Source of the DNA: Priapulus caudatus
Lineage: Eukaryota
Assembly (NCBI RefSeq): GCF_000485595.1
Contig: NW_014577084.1
Span: forward strand, 701,903 to 735,293
DNA length: 33,391 nt
Direction of reading: 5' to 3'
Shown in pieces: positions 32,873-33,391 of this stretch (its first letter is position 1; every line of letters starts with the position of its first letter). A program made the translations under genes and the position numbers. Under the pieces are notes generated by a model that saw only the letters and a program-made list of their open reading frames with translations, was not told where the DNA came from and made no database searches.

Positions 32873-33391
32873 AAATGTTTACAATCACAATTGCATTGAA
32901 TAACCATAGATATACACAACACATGTATGTGTTGTTTATATCTATCATAACCGAGTTGACGATCAGCGCCGCGATACAATAATGTAACCCAACAAGAGTA
33001 GGGGTTGCAACTCCCTACTCTTGTGGGGTTACATTATTTTATCTACTACTAACCCATCTACCAAGTGCCAGTGGCAGTGCCAGTGGTTGAGAGACCTGAA
33101 TTTATTATACTCATGACAATGACATAACTTATCATTCATTCATTGCGGAAAAATATCAATTTTCATCCCTCTATTCTCTATTTCACTCTTACACCAAATT
33201 CCTCCCCTTCTGCAAGAAAACAAGTTTGTCAGATGTCAACAAGTGTCGTACACCGTCGTAGTTTATTACTATTTACTATTTAGGTATAGGTTGTGCGCGA
33301 GATCTAACTAACGCTGAGAGGGTCTATGTCCCCCAGGGTACTGCCGGAACGTACCCTGGTACTATCTAATATGCCGGACTGTACCTCGCCT

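Noticed and set aside
31340..33391. Search for the PWP1 first coding exon (expected ..W.+.G.A...P.K motif)
   Set aside because: No matching frame found; the region is mostly transposon-derived, so the start is probably beyond the window

Overview
Eukaryotic (metazoan, invertebrate-like) draft genomic DNA with one N gap and many microsatellites. Most entries in the ORF track are spurious; a few overlap single exons. Two convergent intron-rich genes can be reconstructed by hand, with canonical GT-AG sites and consistent phases. (1) On + is a polypeptide N-acetylgalactosaminyltransferase of the GALNT2/14/16 group: 14 exons visible over 1070-24652, a 17.8-kb intron at 1252-19030, and the transmembrane first exon outside the window. 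(2) On - is PWP1, a WD40 nucleolar protein: 12 exons over 31339-26360, with the first coding exon not found in the window. The introns carry several non-autonomous DNA transposons (TIR/foldback MITEs and a long-TIR element enclosing a 197-bp tandem array). The most striking unexplained signal is a dispersed family of tiny (24-63 bp) palindromes with CA(A/G)GAG...CTC(T/C)TG ends, arms of up to 16-17 bp and, in four cases, exact 7-8 bp target-site duplications. These look like excision scars of P-superfamily transposons.
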